Below, in pieces: positions 13,022 through 26,628 of a DNA stretch of 64,000 nt; within the stretch, counting starts at the first letter, position 1; each line of letters starts with the position of its first letter. The stretch lies in NCBI GenBank assembly GCA_964658305.1, contig OZ210885.1, positions 21,638,001 through 21,702,000 of the forward strand, given 5' to 3'. The stretch comes from Leptogorgia sarmentosa. Taxonomy: Eukaryota. A program made the translations under genes and the position numbers. The notes under the pieces are model-generated. The model was not told the origin of the DNA and did no database searches. It saw only the letters and a program-made list of their open reading frames with translations.

Positions 13022-16000
13022 TCAGTCATTGTCATCACTCTCATGTGAGCAGTCATTGCCATCTCTGTCATAATTTTCACTGTCCCAGTCTTTGCTATCA
13101 GAATCACTGTCCCGATCAATAATGCTTGGGCTTAAGTTGACAAGACAAGCACACACTTGGATGATAGAGCTTGCATATGGTTTTAAAGTTAGTGGTATAA
13201 CTGTATGGATAAGTTGAAAGCATTTCAACTTCCTGATCATTCGCTCAACATGGACACACATTTTAGCTATTCGTCTTGTCATAGTTGGTAATGGTAATGG
13301 TTTATTGGATAACTCTTTGCAGAACATTTACATCTGAATTACGAGTTACTTACATGATTAAAAAATAGATTATGTTATAAAACCTAAATTATATACAAGT
13401 ATGTAATTATTAAAAGGATCTAAATGGATCTAAATTGTATATATAAATATATAATTTAATTGTTCGAAATTTATAAATTGTTCGAAATTTATTTGTTACA
13501 AATTGGCTAAAATGGTTAGTTCTTACGATTGTTTAAACATTGTTTACTCTCCTTGACTGCGATCGTAGTGAATACGAATGAGTGATGGTGGGGTTGTAAT
13601 TAGTGTTAATGATCTTAGACAACACAGAACTTGACTTTTGTTGTTGAGCCATGAAGGATTCACAAATACGGTCTCTACGATTAGATAACTGAAGCAGTTT
13701 AGAGTTTAGATTTTTAATGCCCTTCGTTGAACGGATTCGATATCATCAGATAGGTACTGCGGTAAGTTAAATGAGAACCAGGCCTTTATCTGATATGCCA
13801 GCAATTTTCAATTGTCTCAATATATATAACCGTTTGGTACCTTTCTTAGTAATATAACCAACATGTTTATTCCAAGATAGATCATCTGATATATAAACTC
13901 CCAACAGTTTGAAATGCTTAACCAAATCCACTTGATGACCACCAATCAACAGCTGATCACCAATTGGTACGCATTTCTTTGCACTTCTTTGGATTCAATA
14001 TCATATGTCTAGAACTAGCATACTGATTAACCTCATTAACTAAAAGGGGCGTAAGGCTCGGAGAGTTATGAGGAATTATTTCCAGTGAGGTCAGGTCGTC
14101 AACAAATTTAACTCGATAGTGCCATGAGTTTATTAACGAGTTAACGAGCACGGCAAATAACAATGGGCCAAGCTTCGTCCCCTGAGGAATTCCACCATTA
14201 AGATATCTGTATTCGGAATTGGAATTCCCAATTCTAACACACAGATCTTTTATACAAAAAGGCAGAAACCCAGTTTCGGAGAACTGGATTCACCCCAAAG
14301 CGATTCAGTTCTGATAAGAGAACGCTATGGTCGAGAAGATCAAAGCCCTTTGCAAAGTCGCCAAAAAAAAGCCGGATAGAGCAACCACCAGTTTCCAAGT
14401 GGCCCAGAATTGTATGCATTAAATAGACCAGGGCTTGAGTCGTAGATTTTCCCTTAACGGTGAACTGAAATTGGTCCAGCATAGGAAGTAAATCGTGGGA
14501 CAACCTTTTAAGTGAGAAACCCTCCATAATCTTAGCAACTTGGTTCGTCAACGATATTGGACGTAGATCTGAATTTATTTCTTTAGGGGGATGACACTTA
14601 GGTAATGGAATAGTGATCGATGCCTTCAACTGTTCTGGGAAAACGCCTTGCTTCATACTGGAATTATAAATATCCGCCAAAACTGGAGCCAGTTCGACAG
14701 CAAAGACTTTTAGGACCCGGTTGGGTATACCGTCAGGACCAATTGCTGAGCAGGATTTAATGCGCAATAGATCACGAAAGACCTTGTTACTTGTAACTAA
14801 CAGCTCATCAGGAACATGAATACAGGGGCTATTCGGGGAATGATCGAGCGGGGAAAAGTTAGTTGAAATATTAACAAAGGCGTTTGACACAAAATATCCA
14901 ATGATGGAGTTTCCTCGTTAATGAATTGATGATACCACTCACTTTTCCGGCATGGGGTGGATAACTTTTTGACATGGCGCCACCAGTGAGAAATATTAGA
15001 GTCTCTTAGGTGTTGCACAGACGAACTGTAATACTTCGCCTTCGATACCTTTATCTCATTTTTAACTCTGTTTCTCCCAAACTTAAATTCTTCAGAGACA
15101 CAACCAAATTTTGCCAATGCGGATTGCCTCTTCCCAATAAGGAATTTTAATTTACATGTTTACCACAGTTTGTCACATGCCAGAGTTTTGACCCGTTTAA
15201 GGGGGAAACAGGAATCGACAGCGCCAGAAATGAGTTTATGGAACTCAAAATATTTATCTTCACATGCCTCAACTTCAAAGACGGTAGACCAGTCAACCGT
15301 GGTTATCCCTTGGCCAAAACGATGAAAATTACTTTCCGTTAAAACTCGTCTAAACGCTGGATCTTTCTGTTTTATGTTAGCGGTACCCGTGGGCGGGTTA
15401 TTTTTCGCCACAATGGATATAGTATAGTGGTCACTAGAAGCAATCTTCGGTAATTGAGTAGGCGCAGAGAAAAGATTCGGTTTCTTCACTAAACACCAGT
15501 CTAACACACCACTATCTCGTGTGTTAACTTTGACTAATTGTTTAAGTTAAATTGGTGGAATTAGGATTGAAATCCCCCGTATTCACAACTAGAGCATCAG
15601 GGTGGGCATTCACAAACAAATCAACATTATTTTGAATATGAACTAGACAATCGGAGTCATCCTGGGAATTGGAGGCAGTGCTGTGGTAAATTACCGCAAA
15701 CAAAATCAATGAGGCTTGACGAGGAAGACGTGGGGGTCTTAAAGCCAACCACAACGACTCTCTATCGACAGTTTCGTACTCAAATAATCTTTTAACTGGG
15801 ATAGAATTCTTAACATAGATACCAACACCGCCCCCCAAACGATCTTGACGATCACTTCTGAAAAAATTATAGCCCGGTATACTTATTTCATCAGTTAAAA
15901 TATCATCAGATAGCCATGTCTCTGTTAAACTAACAATATCAGCAGAATTATGTTCGACAACAAGTTGAAGTTCGTCAACTTTGTTCCTCAAGGAACGAAT

Positions 16001-18537
16001 GTTTGTCAAAAGAATATTAGGAATATTGTTTTCCAAGCGAGATGGAGATTGGAGTATGTTGATACTAATACAATTGGATAGGTTAGCTAACCTATTGTTA
16101 ACAATACCAAATTGTCGTTGTCGTACCACAGTTTGAATACTACCTTTACTGGATAATTTCACCTTCCCTCCACGATTTAAGCGATACGGTTTAAAAATGT
16201 TCAAAGCTTTAAGTGATTCGTAGACAGATGCAGACACCTTCGGGCAATAAGATGGTCTCAAACGTCGGAAAAATGTTCCTGTATATCGAAGCATCACACC
16301 GGCCATATTGTAAATATACTTGAAGACAAGTACAACTTCCACAGGCACAAATCGTTATATACCGTTTTATCCCGTTTTAAAGTTGGCAGAAGCCAACTTA
16401 GAACCCAAGGAATAAACAATGATACCAATGTAGGAAACAACGGATCCAAAATATGAAATAAATTGAGAAAATTTACGACACACTAAACACATGTGCAGCT
16501 TCAGAGAGCGCATACATTAATTGAATGCTTCATATGCTTACAGTGACCCTGCCTTAGTTGTTGCCTTTGCCGAGACCTTGCCCTTGCTCATGATTGGTGG
16601 AGCAAGCAGACGGACATGTTTTAATGCAAAAAGATCTTGCACATTAAAACCTTTATCAGCCATAATGATGTCACCGGGATTTAACTGTTCTATAAAACCA
16701 CATTCCTTTGTAAGCTGGTTATCACTAATGCTTCCACTGTACAGTTTTGAAATAAAGTTAATATGAGGGACAGGTGATATTGATATAAACAGCTTGAATG
16801 TATTCCTGGATTTATAGGTACTGTATGTCGATCTTTGGCTTGAGATCCGGGTAGGCTTTTCAATATAAAATTCAGTGCAATCAATTATTCCTCTCAAGTT
16901 CTTACATCCCCTCAAAGATGCTGAGATGCAAATGTCATTTAATTCAGCCAATGTCATTTAATTCAGCCACTGTTGGAAATGATAACAAAAAGGACAACTC
17001 CTTTGATAAAAATAGTATCCAAGTGATGAAAATTTGGCTGGCTGTTCCTGGGGCAACATCAAACAAGTCTCCTAACATAACCATGCTTGGATTTCTTCTT
17101 AACCTCACCAAAGTCAAAAGAAGTTGTTCCCAGGTGGATAATTTTCTTAGGTTGTACTTGTTCTAAAATAAAAAAATGCAGCTTAGAGCTGAATACTTCA
17201 ATGGACGAAATCGCCAAATAGTATTGCTAGTTGGTAAATAAACAAAGTCAGTACACAACTTGGTAATTATTCATACACCAGCAATAAACTTTAAAAAATT
17301 ACTTTTCATGAATAGGAAATTTAGAAATATGCTATCAAATTAATTTTTATGAATAATATGCATGCAATGACAAAGACCTTCAAATGTGCAGGTAGTGCAC
17401 TTTTACGTTTTGTCCATTTTACTCCTTTCCACATGTATAACTTGTTAGCTTTGTCCTTGACAAGATTGTACAAAGTTTTTAATACTTCAAGGTGTAACCC
17501 TAAATGATAGAAAGAGACAGTTGTGAGTGTCAATAAGGGGGACTTTAAATGGTAGATTGCTTCCATTTACCATGCTCTCTCTATTTATCCTCACCCCTCT
17601 CTAATGTTCCCAACTTCATAGTTTTATTGTTCGGGAAGTAAATATAGTTACATGTACCTATATAATGGAGACATTTTTTTTGGTCAGTAATTTTCTCAAT
17701 AAATGATGTCTTCACGATAACGCTGTCACCTTCAAATCCATCACAAAGATCACTTGACAAAGCAGATTGATTGGTTTGGAACTATCGAAATAGAATAAAT
17801 TACACCTGTGAACTATGATTGCATATACAGTTACATGCACTAGATACTATTTGGATTATGTATGTAGCCAGATACTGTACTATGCCTTACCATGTCCTCT
17901 TTCTCCACGTCAGTTTTAACGATAGTTTCATCCGAAGGGCTTTCGCTTAAAGCAACTTTAACTTTATCCGAGCTTGGACACCGAGTTGTATCGGAAGTAA
18001 AGCTGTGCGAATCAGGACCGTTAGCTAGGTTTTCCGGCTGTGCGTTGGGAAAGCTTTCATCAAGTGACAGTACAGCTTCTGCTGCAGACATTTCACTCGC
18101 TGTTTTAGAACGTTTGCTGTATGTATGTCGAGGTTTTGGTGGCTTTCGTTTTCGTCGTATATGTTCGATCTGTAGTATTAAATATAAAGCAAAAGTCAAA
18201 ACATACTGTTGAGTACCTGAGTCATTATTAGACAAATATATTGATTATAAAATACATAACTTACTTTATTCTCATCAGCTGTAGCTGGTATTGGATCAGG
18301 ATATTCTGCTGTCGGTCCATTTTCGCCAATAAAATGAAAACCGCATATATAGCTGTCTTTCCGACAGATGAATTTGTCGCCTCGACAACACGCATTTATC
18401 CAAACTTGTCTCCTTTCATTCGATTTCTTCCCATTTGGGAAACTGTAGAAAGATACTGAAGTCCCATTGTCCTTTTTTAAGCGTGCTGGGTACCTCAAAT
18501 CGCTTTTGCACGTTCCCCAAGCACATCTCTTCACCAT
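13022..18537 (-). pseudogene. THAP + HTH + DDE_Tnp_4-type (ISL2EU) transposase, interrupted by a LINE
   Basis: MVKRCAWGTC...WINAC...ICGFHF (THAP); IIDCTEFYIEKP...YSTYKSRNTFK...SGSISD...IMADKGF; HVERMIRKLKCF. Confidence 0.9.
13288..16554 (-). mobile_element. Near full-length non-LTR retrotransposon (CR1/L2 group), APE endonuclease + RT, frameshifted
   Basis: NIRSLRNK...LTETWL...RSDR..GGGV...GDFN (APE); LRPISLT, DFAKGFD, PQGTKLGP, FVDD (RT); 3' AATAAA + (CCATTA)n tail; TSD TAGTTG at 13282-13287 and 16555-16560. Confidence 0.92.
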
Positions 18538-20273
18538 AATTCGTGAATCAGTTTTATTTATATTTTATAATAATCAGTATAATCGAGGCCGTCGAGCGAA
18601 ATATATCGTATCTTTCTATCCATACAACTGGAAATTCTTCTTCTCGTAGTATATTCCACTTGCAGGAGATGAATTATACCCACAAAAAGCCTTTATTTTG
18701 CGATATTTTCGCTTGTCTATATTGCGCACCTGTATATAATTTGTATAGCGAAGTGCGAAAGTTGTCCGAAAAAATGCAAATTTGGTCACGTGACAACAAC
18801 ATATTTTCCATCACAGTAAAGGTGGATTGGAAACTGTAATTACTACCATTAGACGAAACCTTGTTCCACCAGGTTATACTCCATATCCCTTCAGACGAAA
18901 CAGTCCCAAGTCCCATCTGGATATGCTGTGTTCAATTGTAGCAACATATCTATACAGGAAGAAAATAGAAGAGCTGAAGAAGGAAGCTGACTTCACAACA
19001 TTTTCGTATGTGCCTGAAATAGATCCCATCATGGGCACCCAAAGGCATGATAGAAGTGACCACAATCACTTATTCAGGCGCGTTGCTAAAAGTGTCCGGG
19101 AAGGAAAGGACAATAATCTAAATTATAAAGCATTTGATGATGTTTTATTAGATCCCAGAAGTGGTCTTACACATGCTGCTTTAATTGGAAAACGAAAACA
19201 GTCCCTTGTAGATGCAGAACGGCTTCTGTCCTACCACGTTGTTGAATCGTTAAAGTGTCATGGGCATCAAAGGGAAGCAAAGCACGATGAAGTAATCGCA
19301 AACTGGCATGAGGCAACTGACGGAAGAGGCATCAGTCAACTTAGACGGTGCAAGTATAACCATTTGATGTTGCAATACATCTTAGATGAGTGGATGCCGT
19401 GGCATAGTAGCTGTTATGACTTTTCTACAATCGATATTAACAGGTACATAGAAGCTACTTTCCATGTTGTGCTATACACTCCTACCAGACAGGTTGGACA
19501 TTTAAATGGCCTTATTAAATTCTGGTGTGGAAATAGTATGTTTAATCAAAGCATTTACATGCAACTGCATGACAGTGATAAGTGAGAGATGAGGATGTAG
19601 CTGAGCTTCCTTAAACAAACAAGCTATTTTCTTTGATCAAACAATTATAAAATATTACATCTCTCCCTACTGACATTTTCCACTATTTTATAGGCCAGTA
19701 GAAAATATCCGTGGCTTTTCAAGGGAGACAGTTATTGAAATAACAACAAATATTGAAAGTCAAGAACTACAAAGATGTGAGAATGATATTATCGGGTATG
19801 GAATGCCATAGCTGTCTTAGGTGCCTATTTTTTATTACACGGTATCCATTCATGAATATATGCGGTACAAACATCTTTATATGCTGTCAATTCGTCATTA
19901 TATGCGGTACAAATCTTGTTATATGCTGTCAATTCGTCATTATATGCTGTCAATTCGTCATTATATGCTGTACAAACTCCACTATATGCAACTTCATACA
20001 TATACAAATTCATTATATTCAACTTCATTATATACAACTTCATTATATACAACCTCATTATATGCAACTTCATTATATGCAACTTCATTATATGCAACTT
20101 CATTATATGCAACCTCATTATATGCAACCTCATTATATGCAACTTCATTATAATATACAACTTCATTATCATTATATACAACTTCATTATATGCAACATT
20201 GCGTGGCGCAAACTTTTTACTGTGCTATAAAGTGAATCAGCGCTGTAAGTGAATCAGAATGTGATTATACAAA

Positions 20274-21650
20274 ATGGATCCGGATTTTCAATCTGAAATG
20301 AAAAGAATTTTGGAGAAACTTGGCCTTGGTTCGCTGACCCACCGATTCTCAAGCCAGAAGGTTACGCCTGATATAGTATGTATGCTGTCTTTATACGAAT
20401 TTCATCAATTGGGAGTGAATACATAGAGTGAAATTATGGCTTTACGAATTGAATGCACAAAATATGGCTCTGTTAAACCAGTAAAAAAGCGAACACATGG
20501 ACAGTGCGCGAAATTCGAGATACCAAAAGAACTCTTGGAAAGCTTTCTCGATGAAGACTTTCTCATAAGTGAAATAGCCACAATGCTGTCCTTATCTGAA
20601 TCAACAATTTACCGTCGTATGAGGAGCTATGGTCTTAGCAAACTTGACTTTTCTGAAATAACTGATCAACAGTTGGACAACAATGTGAGTACAATTGTCA
20701 AGGACTTTCCTTTTTGTGGAGAAAACATGATTAAACAGCTTTTACTTGGCAAAGGTATCAAAGTCCAGAGATCGCGCATGCGTGATTCAATTCACCGAGT
20801 TGATGGACAGGGTGTGGCTGACAGAAAAAAAAATAGGTTACAACGCCGAGTATACAATGTGAAAGGCCCTAATCATTTGTGGCATGTTGATACCAACCAC
20901 AAGTTAGTGAGATGGAATTTTGTAATTGTTGGTGGTATTGACGGTTTCAGCCGGTTGCCAGTGATGCTTGTTTGCACCAACAACAATAAAGCGGATACAT
21001 TGCTTCACTGTTTCGTGGCAGCTGTAAATGAATACGGTTTACCAAGTCGGGTAAGAACAGACAAGGACTTGGAAAATGTTCAAACCGCTGACTACATGAT
21101 TAAAAACAGGGGAATTCATCGTGGAAGTATCATCACTGGCCGGAGTACTCACAATCAAAGAATTGAGAGGCTTTGGAGAGATGTTTTTCAGGGTGTTCTT
21201 AGTTTCTTTTATCACTTATTTTATTTCTTGGAAGATGAAAACCTTCTTGATCCACTCAACATCAATCATATTGCTGCACTGCATCATACATACTTACATG
21301 AAATCAATAACAAGCTTCAAATTTGGCAAAGAGCATGGGCAAACCATAGAATGCGTACAATTAAAACAAGCCCATTGCGCCTCTGGATTGCTGGCCAAGC
21401 GCAAAACCCAGTAGGTCTTGACACTCCTCTTCATGATCTGAACCAGTATGGTGTGGAAGGTAATATCGACGATGAATCTGATGAAAACGAGGAAGGCAGG
21501 CCAATTTTTTCTCCGCCGGTTGTAGAATTTGATGAAAGATGCCTGGCTGAGCTTAATGCAGTTGTGCCAAATCCAAGTAACCATTGGATTGATCAATTTA
21601 TGACGAATCTTGAAATCATTACAAGGCATTCCGAAAGTGAAAATTTATAG
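20274..21650 (+). pseudogene. IS3EU transposase: N-terminal SAM-like domain, HTH, integrase-core DDE; one in-frame TAG at 20424-20426
   Basis: ATG 20274 is in frame with ORF 20436-21650; MKRILEKLGLGSLTHRFSSQKVTPDIVCMLSLYEFHQLGV; LWHVDTNHKL, GGIDGFSR, RVRTD, STHNQRIERLWRD. Confidence 0.88.
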
Positions 21651-21704
21651 ACTGGTTATGTAACAAGCAACGTGGTAAAATACTTAAAACGTAATGTACT
21701 TAAT

Positions 21705-23003
21705 AAAAATAGGTACACAACGTGTACATGTATCTGTGTCTACGTAGCTTGGTTACCAGCGATGTATAAAATGGTTTACAGCTAGGGAATAGGCGAATAG
21801 CGCAAATACTAATTTTTTTTAAGGCGTGAGGTTGTGCTTGGTTAAAACGTGAAACGTATTCAATACTTGATATAAGCTTTCATGTTAACTGTGACTATCT
21901 CGCATTCCGGAATTCGCGCGATCATATCAAATTGCATAATGAATTTAAACTTAACGAAATATGATATCGCATTTTATGCTATATTGCGTCCTTAAAATAT
22001 TGACAGCGCTTTGCGATTGTTTGTAAAAAATGTGGCTTTCTAAAAACCAAATTTACTCTTTTCAAAACCATATTATAATAATATATTTATATACACTATA
22101 TTCTATTCATTCATGCAGCATTTGCCTAGACGCTCAAGTGTATGATCGGTATGCGCGTAGGTTCAAAACAGAATACTAGAAACTATATGAATTCGTTTGT
22201 TTTGTCTCGCGCTTAACAAACGCGTTTCATTACAAGCTACAAAATCTATTTTCCTGGGATTGAATGTTTCAACCTTTCTGTAAAGTATGGCGAAGCGTCA
22301 AAACGTAGTAGATGATGGCGTGATCACAATGGCACCGCATGCAGTCCAAACATCATGTGCAAATGTGTCAGTGCCGACACGCTAAAGTATCGTAGGGAAA
22401 ATATATGAGCAATTTTGTCAAGACATAAACCTCTTTCAATTGTAACGTGTATAATATTCGCTGTGTGTGTTTAAGGTAATACAATGTATAATGATATTTC
22501 TGCTTTGATGATCTAAAAATTCCATAGCAAACCTCTTTAATATCTTTAAAAGCAATGCCAATGTATGATTTGCGTTGTGATATTTTTGCGTATCTGCGTA
22601 TAAATCTGCGACACGCAGTGTCATTTCTATCCTACTTTTGACATCCAAACGACCCGTAAAACCTGCTGTAATTCTGTCATGTTTACACTTACCAGATCAA
22701 GATAGGTCTCCGTATAAAATGGCGACAAAAGTAGGATAGAAATGAGAAAAAAGTACAATATTTTAAGCGATTTACCAACTTGCTCTTGCTTCGAAGTTCG
22801 AAGTATTTGCAAATGGCGGGACATCAGAATCGACATGCGAAAAGCTCTGCTCTGATTGGGTACAAGCTAACAGCACAAAGCTCTGATTGGCTAGAAGCTA
22901 ACAGCGCGAAGCTCTGATTGGCTGCAAGCACGGTTACGGTTACAGTTACAGTTACAAGACGATAGCAATATATCTGCGTCACTACGTCACGCAGATACAA
23001 AAA
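21705..23003 (-). mobile_element. Non-autonomous Helentron-type element, copy 2
   Basis: Inverted homolog of 10818-12080 with the same subterminal repeats and hairpin (GTACAC-AAC-GTGTAC). Confidence 0.7.
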
Positions 23004-23600
23004 GCTATAAACTAACGAAAAAACATGCAGTCTTCAAAGAGGCGACCAGGAGCTTTGTACACATGTATTATGTGAGAACCATTTGATGCAAGTAGTACCT
23101 AAAAGGGCTGATACCTCAGCAAAATTAATTTCAGTATTTGTTTTAGAGTGCTTTCACATAATATATTAAATGAATTCAAGATGATTTTTTAAAAAAATGT
23201 CAACTGAGATTTTCAAAATTCGCTAAACCTGATTAGCGTGATAGTAAGATCTTTGTATGGGGACAAAAGCATTCAAATCAACATGATAAATCAGGCATTT
23301 GAAAGCATTTTATGAAATGGGGGCAACCAAAGTCGTTTTGGAGATGAAACCTCCATAATATTGCAATGCTTTGTGCAACATGATTTTTGTTATAAATTAG
23401 AACTTTTTGGTGGTACTTTTTAAAACTCATTGTTAAGTATACACCGTATTTCATATTCTACCAAATGTACACTCACACTAAGACCTGACCGCCTCTGTAA
23501 AACAAACTTAAAGTATAAACTAATATTAACAGTAGTATAAACCAATATTAACAGTAGTATAAATGTCAAAAGTGAACACTAGTCATTCTTTCTTTAACAT

Positions 23601-26600
23601 TCAAATGTTTCCAAAATATACAGAAGCAAATGCTTCGTCATACAAGTCATATAGATCATTGTCAGGTGGCAATTGCATAGAACTGTGTGAAGCATAGGGA
23701 AGTGTCATCACATTTATGCAAGTATTGGCCAGTGGTAAGAAAGATTTTGTCACCTCGCAAAATCTAATTTTTGGAGTCAATTTAAAACCCAGCAATGGTT
23801 CTTCATCACTTGAGGTTGTGAATTGTAAAATAGACTCCAATTTGATACTACCGCGTCGACCAGCTACAGTATATGTTAAAAAAAAGAAAATGTTAAAAAA
23901 AAGAAAATGTTTAAATATAAATTAATTTTGCTTTGTGGAAGTACAGTACATGTAGTAACTCCTTAACTCTATGATAAAACTGGAACAATAACTCAGGCTT
24001 GGTTCTTAGGGCCTGTTTATATGGAGGCGAGTTACCCGGCTGACCAAGTTACTCGCTTTGCCGGGTAACTTGCCTTCAATAGAAAACTATAGGTTTCCCG
24101 GTGAAGTGTTTACATGGCGCAAGCGGTAACTCGCCTTGGTGAGTTCCCGGTGAAAAGAGCCGGGATCTCGCCCAGGCGAGATGAATATTTCACCATGTAA
24201 ACACTTCAACCGGGAAAATCGGCTTCAGGGGGCATTTTCAGTCTTAAAATGTGTTTAAATTTTCCTGCATAAATTGGAAAACAAAAATTAACTGCCAGAT
24301 TACTACCAGAGAAACCTCACCCATTTTTTCAGCGTTCATGAAATACTGATGAAAAATTAGTAATGAACACTTGGATACTTACAAGCCACTTCTCGCATAT
24401 ACTTGCTAAATAGTGTATATACTCTAGTTTCATACGTTCTTCTATTTGAACCCACAGGACTGAATTCTGGAACAAGAAGTGAGTTAACCTTCCGCAGTGT
24501 CAACACACTCAATGGGTTGGGCTTGAAAACTTCTTGCACTGATGGAAATTTGCAACACACCTAGGATCAGGAATAATTTTATTATTAGGAAGTGTTGTTG
24601 TGTTAAATATTGAATGAACTAAAATCTACCTGAAATATGCCAATCTTCTCCAACCCTTGAATTAGATATTTCACACATTTTGATTTGTCCTTTGCAATAA
24701 ATATGTCTTGAATAATGTTGTCTGAGAGAAATTGTGGAAGCTTTCCATTTTGCAAAATACTTAGTCCTGCAAAACATAACATTGATATTCTATTGGTTGT
24801 CACCAAGTGTTTTTGTGATGAATTAAGTGGAAATTGATGATTATGCTGTAATAGCTGTCCTGCATGGGGTTAGCAAATGACTCAAACTTACTATTGAACA
24901 CAAGACCAAGACATATCATAAGCATTTTTCTCACACAAATATCAGACATAAAACACAAATACTTGTTCACTATATAAAACATAGTTCTAACTATACTGTT
25001 AGAACTAAAAAGGCTAATATTAAAATAAAAATGGTAAAAATTATATACCCATTATTATTCCAACAGTAACATACTCTTCTGCAAGGAGGTCACGAAGCCC
25101 ATTATTAAAATACTTTTCTTTCACTTCTTGTAAGATAAGGCGGAAAAATTCCTTTCGAGGACCCCCATAGTCTTGGGCTTGCTGACAAGTCAAATATATG
25201 GCTAAAATCAGCATAGAGAAATGCCAAAAGTAAACACTAAATTAATTAAGACTGTTTTACCTCTCCATAAAACTGGACATCCAGGGTGAGAAACGGATCA
25301 TGTAATCCAGCTATCTCTTCCATGCCTGTCTCCAAAATGTTGTAGCGATCTACTATGATATAGTTTGTGGCACCTTCCGGACAGGTGTTTTCATTTTCTA
25401 TTTCCAGACTTCTACCCTTCACAAGCTTGGATTGCATCAGACGTACAACTTCTTTAGTGCTGGTTACATGGTTTTCCTGGCAGTAGTCGGAAATTTCAGT
25501 AATAACTGAATTGACATCCATTGAAGTTTCTCCAATTTGATCCATATCTTGTATCACAGTTACAATCTCTATTTCATTGTTACTCTCTGTCTCTGTGCTT
25601 TCAATATCAATGGCATTAACAATATTGTCAATTGCATGAGTATTTTCGTCATCCTCTGGAACCAATGCAGTACTGATGGTTATCTCTGGCTCAACATTAC
25701 CATGTGTAACAATTACATTACTGGAATTGTTAACAATGACATCATTACTTATACTTAAGGTATAATCACCATCTGTTTCAATACCATAACCTTTGTTTGC
25801 CTCTGATTCAGAATTTGTGTCAGAAAGTCCTGCAGTGCATGTATACAAATGATTCCTTAATTTGTGCATAGGGAATTCTTCTAGGCAACCATTACACATC
25901 TGCTTTACATGGGTTGCTTTTTCTGGCTTAAGAGGCTTCGTAGAGAGGTTCTGCTGGATTGGTCGAACATAAATTTTGGACTGTGTACCAAGGTTTGCTT
26001 TTAAGTTTTTAACAGCCCAAGGGCAGGTAATTATATTAAATTTTCTGCAGTAGGATTGACATTGTAGTAACTCGAACCCACCACCAAGTTTAAGTTGCGG
26101 GAAACCCAGTGTCTCATCGTCAACAATTTCGTCTGACATGATTTTTTGAGCAACCTGGCTTTCGTCATCTTCCAGTAGAAACCTGATCTTTTTCAAGCCC
26201 AAACCCGCATTGTGCAGGAGTTGCTTCGTGGTGGCATTTGGTATGGAGCTTTGTTTACGATCAGCCAAGCAAAAAACTTGAGTTGTCCACGTTCTACTAG
26301 AACCGCGAGATGCTTTCCTTTTTCTGCTAGCCACTCTTGAATATCTAGGATTAAAGAGCCTTGCACGTTCGCAAGCGACTGTTGCAGCAGTTAAACTAGT
26401 TGATGGGGTTGCACTTGATGTAGAAGTATTATTTTCAGAAGTAACATTTGGCAGACCATTCTTTCCTCGACATGCTGAGCGTAGACGAATCCGATCGCCA
26501 ATAGTCTGAACGCCAAGCCGAACCAATTCAGTATCCGACATAGCAATAACTATTTCAGGATCGATTCTTTCTTCCTGAAACCTTTCACGTAAAGTAGAAA

Positions 26601-26628
26601 GACCGGCGTCTTCTAAAGCTTTATCCAT
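23601..26628 (-). CDS. IS3EU accessory protein: SAM + UBZ-like zinc finger + acidic linker + G2E3-like HECT E3 ligase domain (about 5 exons)
   Basis: MDKALEDAGLSTLRERFQEERIDPEIVIAMSDTELVRLGVQTIGDRIRLR (SAM); CNGC-x11-HLYTC; VQFYGE|QAQDYGGPRKEFF; LQFTTSSDEEPLLGF...LPLANTCINVMTLP...FGNI (HECT C-lobe with catalytic Cys); intactness after splicing not verified. Confidence 0.82.
24009..24215. mobile_element. Fragment of a Harbinger-type MITE in an intron
   Basis: Starts GGGCCTGTTTATATGG after TTA; internal CCGG palindromes; other end not found. Confidence 0.45.

Larger units (their letters stand above)
8159..18829. mobile_element. ISL2EU-like (PIF/Harbinger-ISL2EU-Spy group) DNA transposon with two convergent genes
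   Basis: ~190-bp TIRs CAATCCACCTTTACTG... (8159-8355) and ...CAGTAAAGGTGGATTG (~18650-18829); THAP-DDE gene on minus, YqaJ gene on plus. Confidence 0.85.

Noticed and set aside
19753..20235. His/Tyr/Gln-rich ORFs (also 26678-27200)
   Set aside because: Translations of the 15- and 21-bp repeats in the IS3EU TIRs, open on both strands
23601..26628. Host G2E3 gene
   Set aside because: Enclosed by IS3EU TIRs and TSD; has SAM in place of the PHD/RING N-terminus
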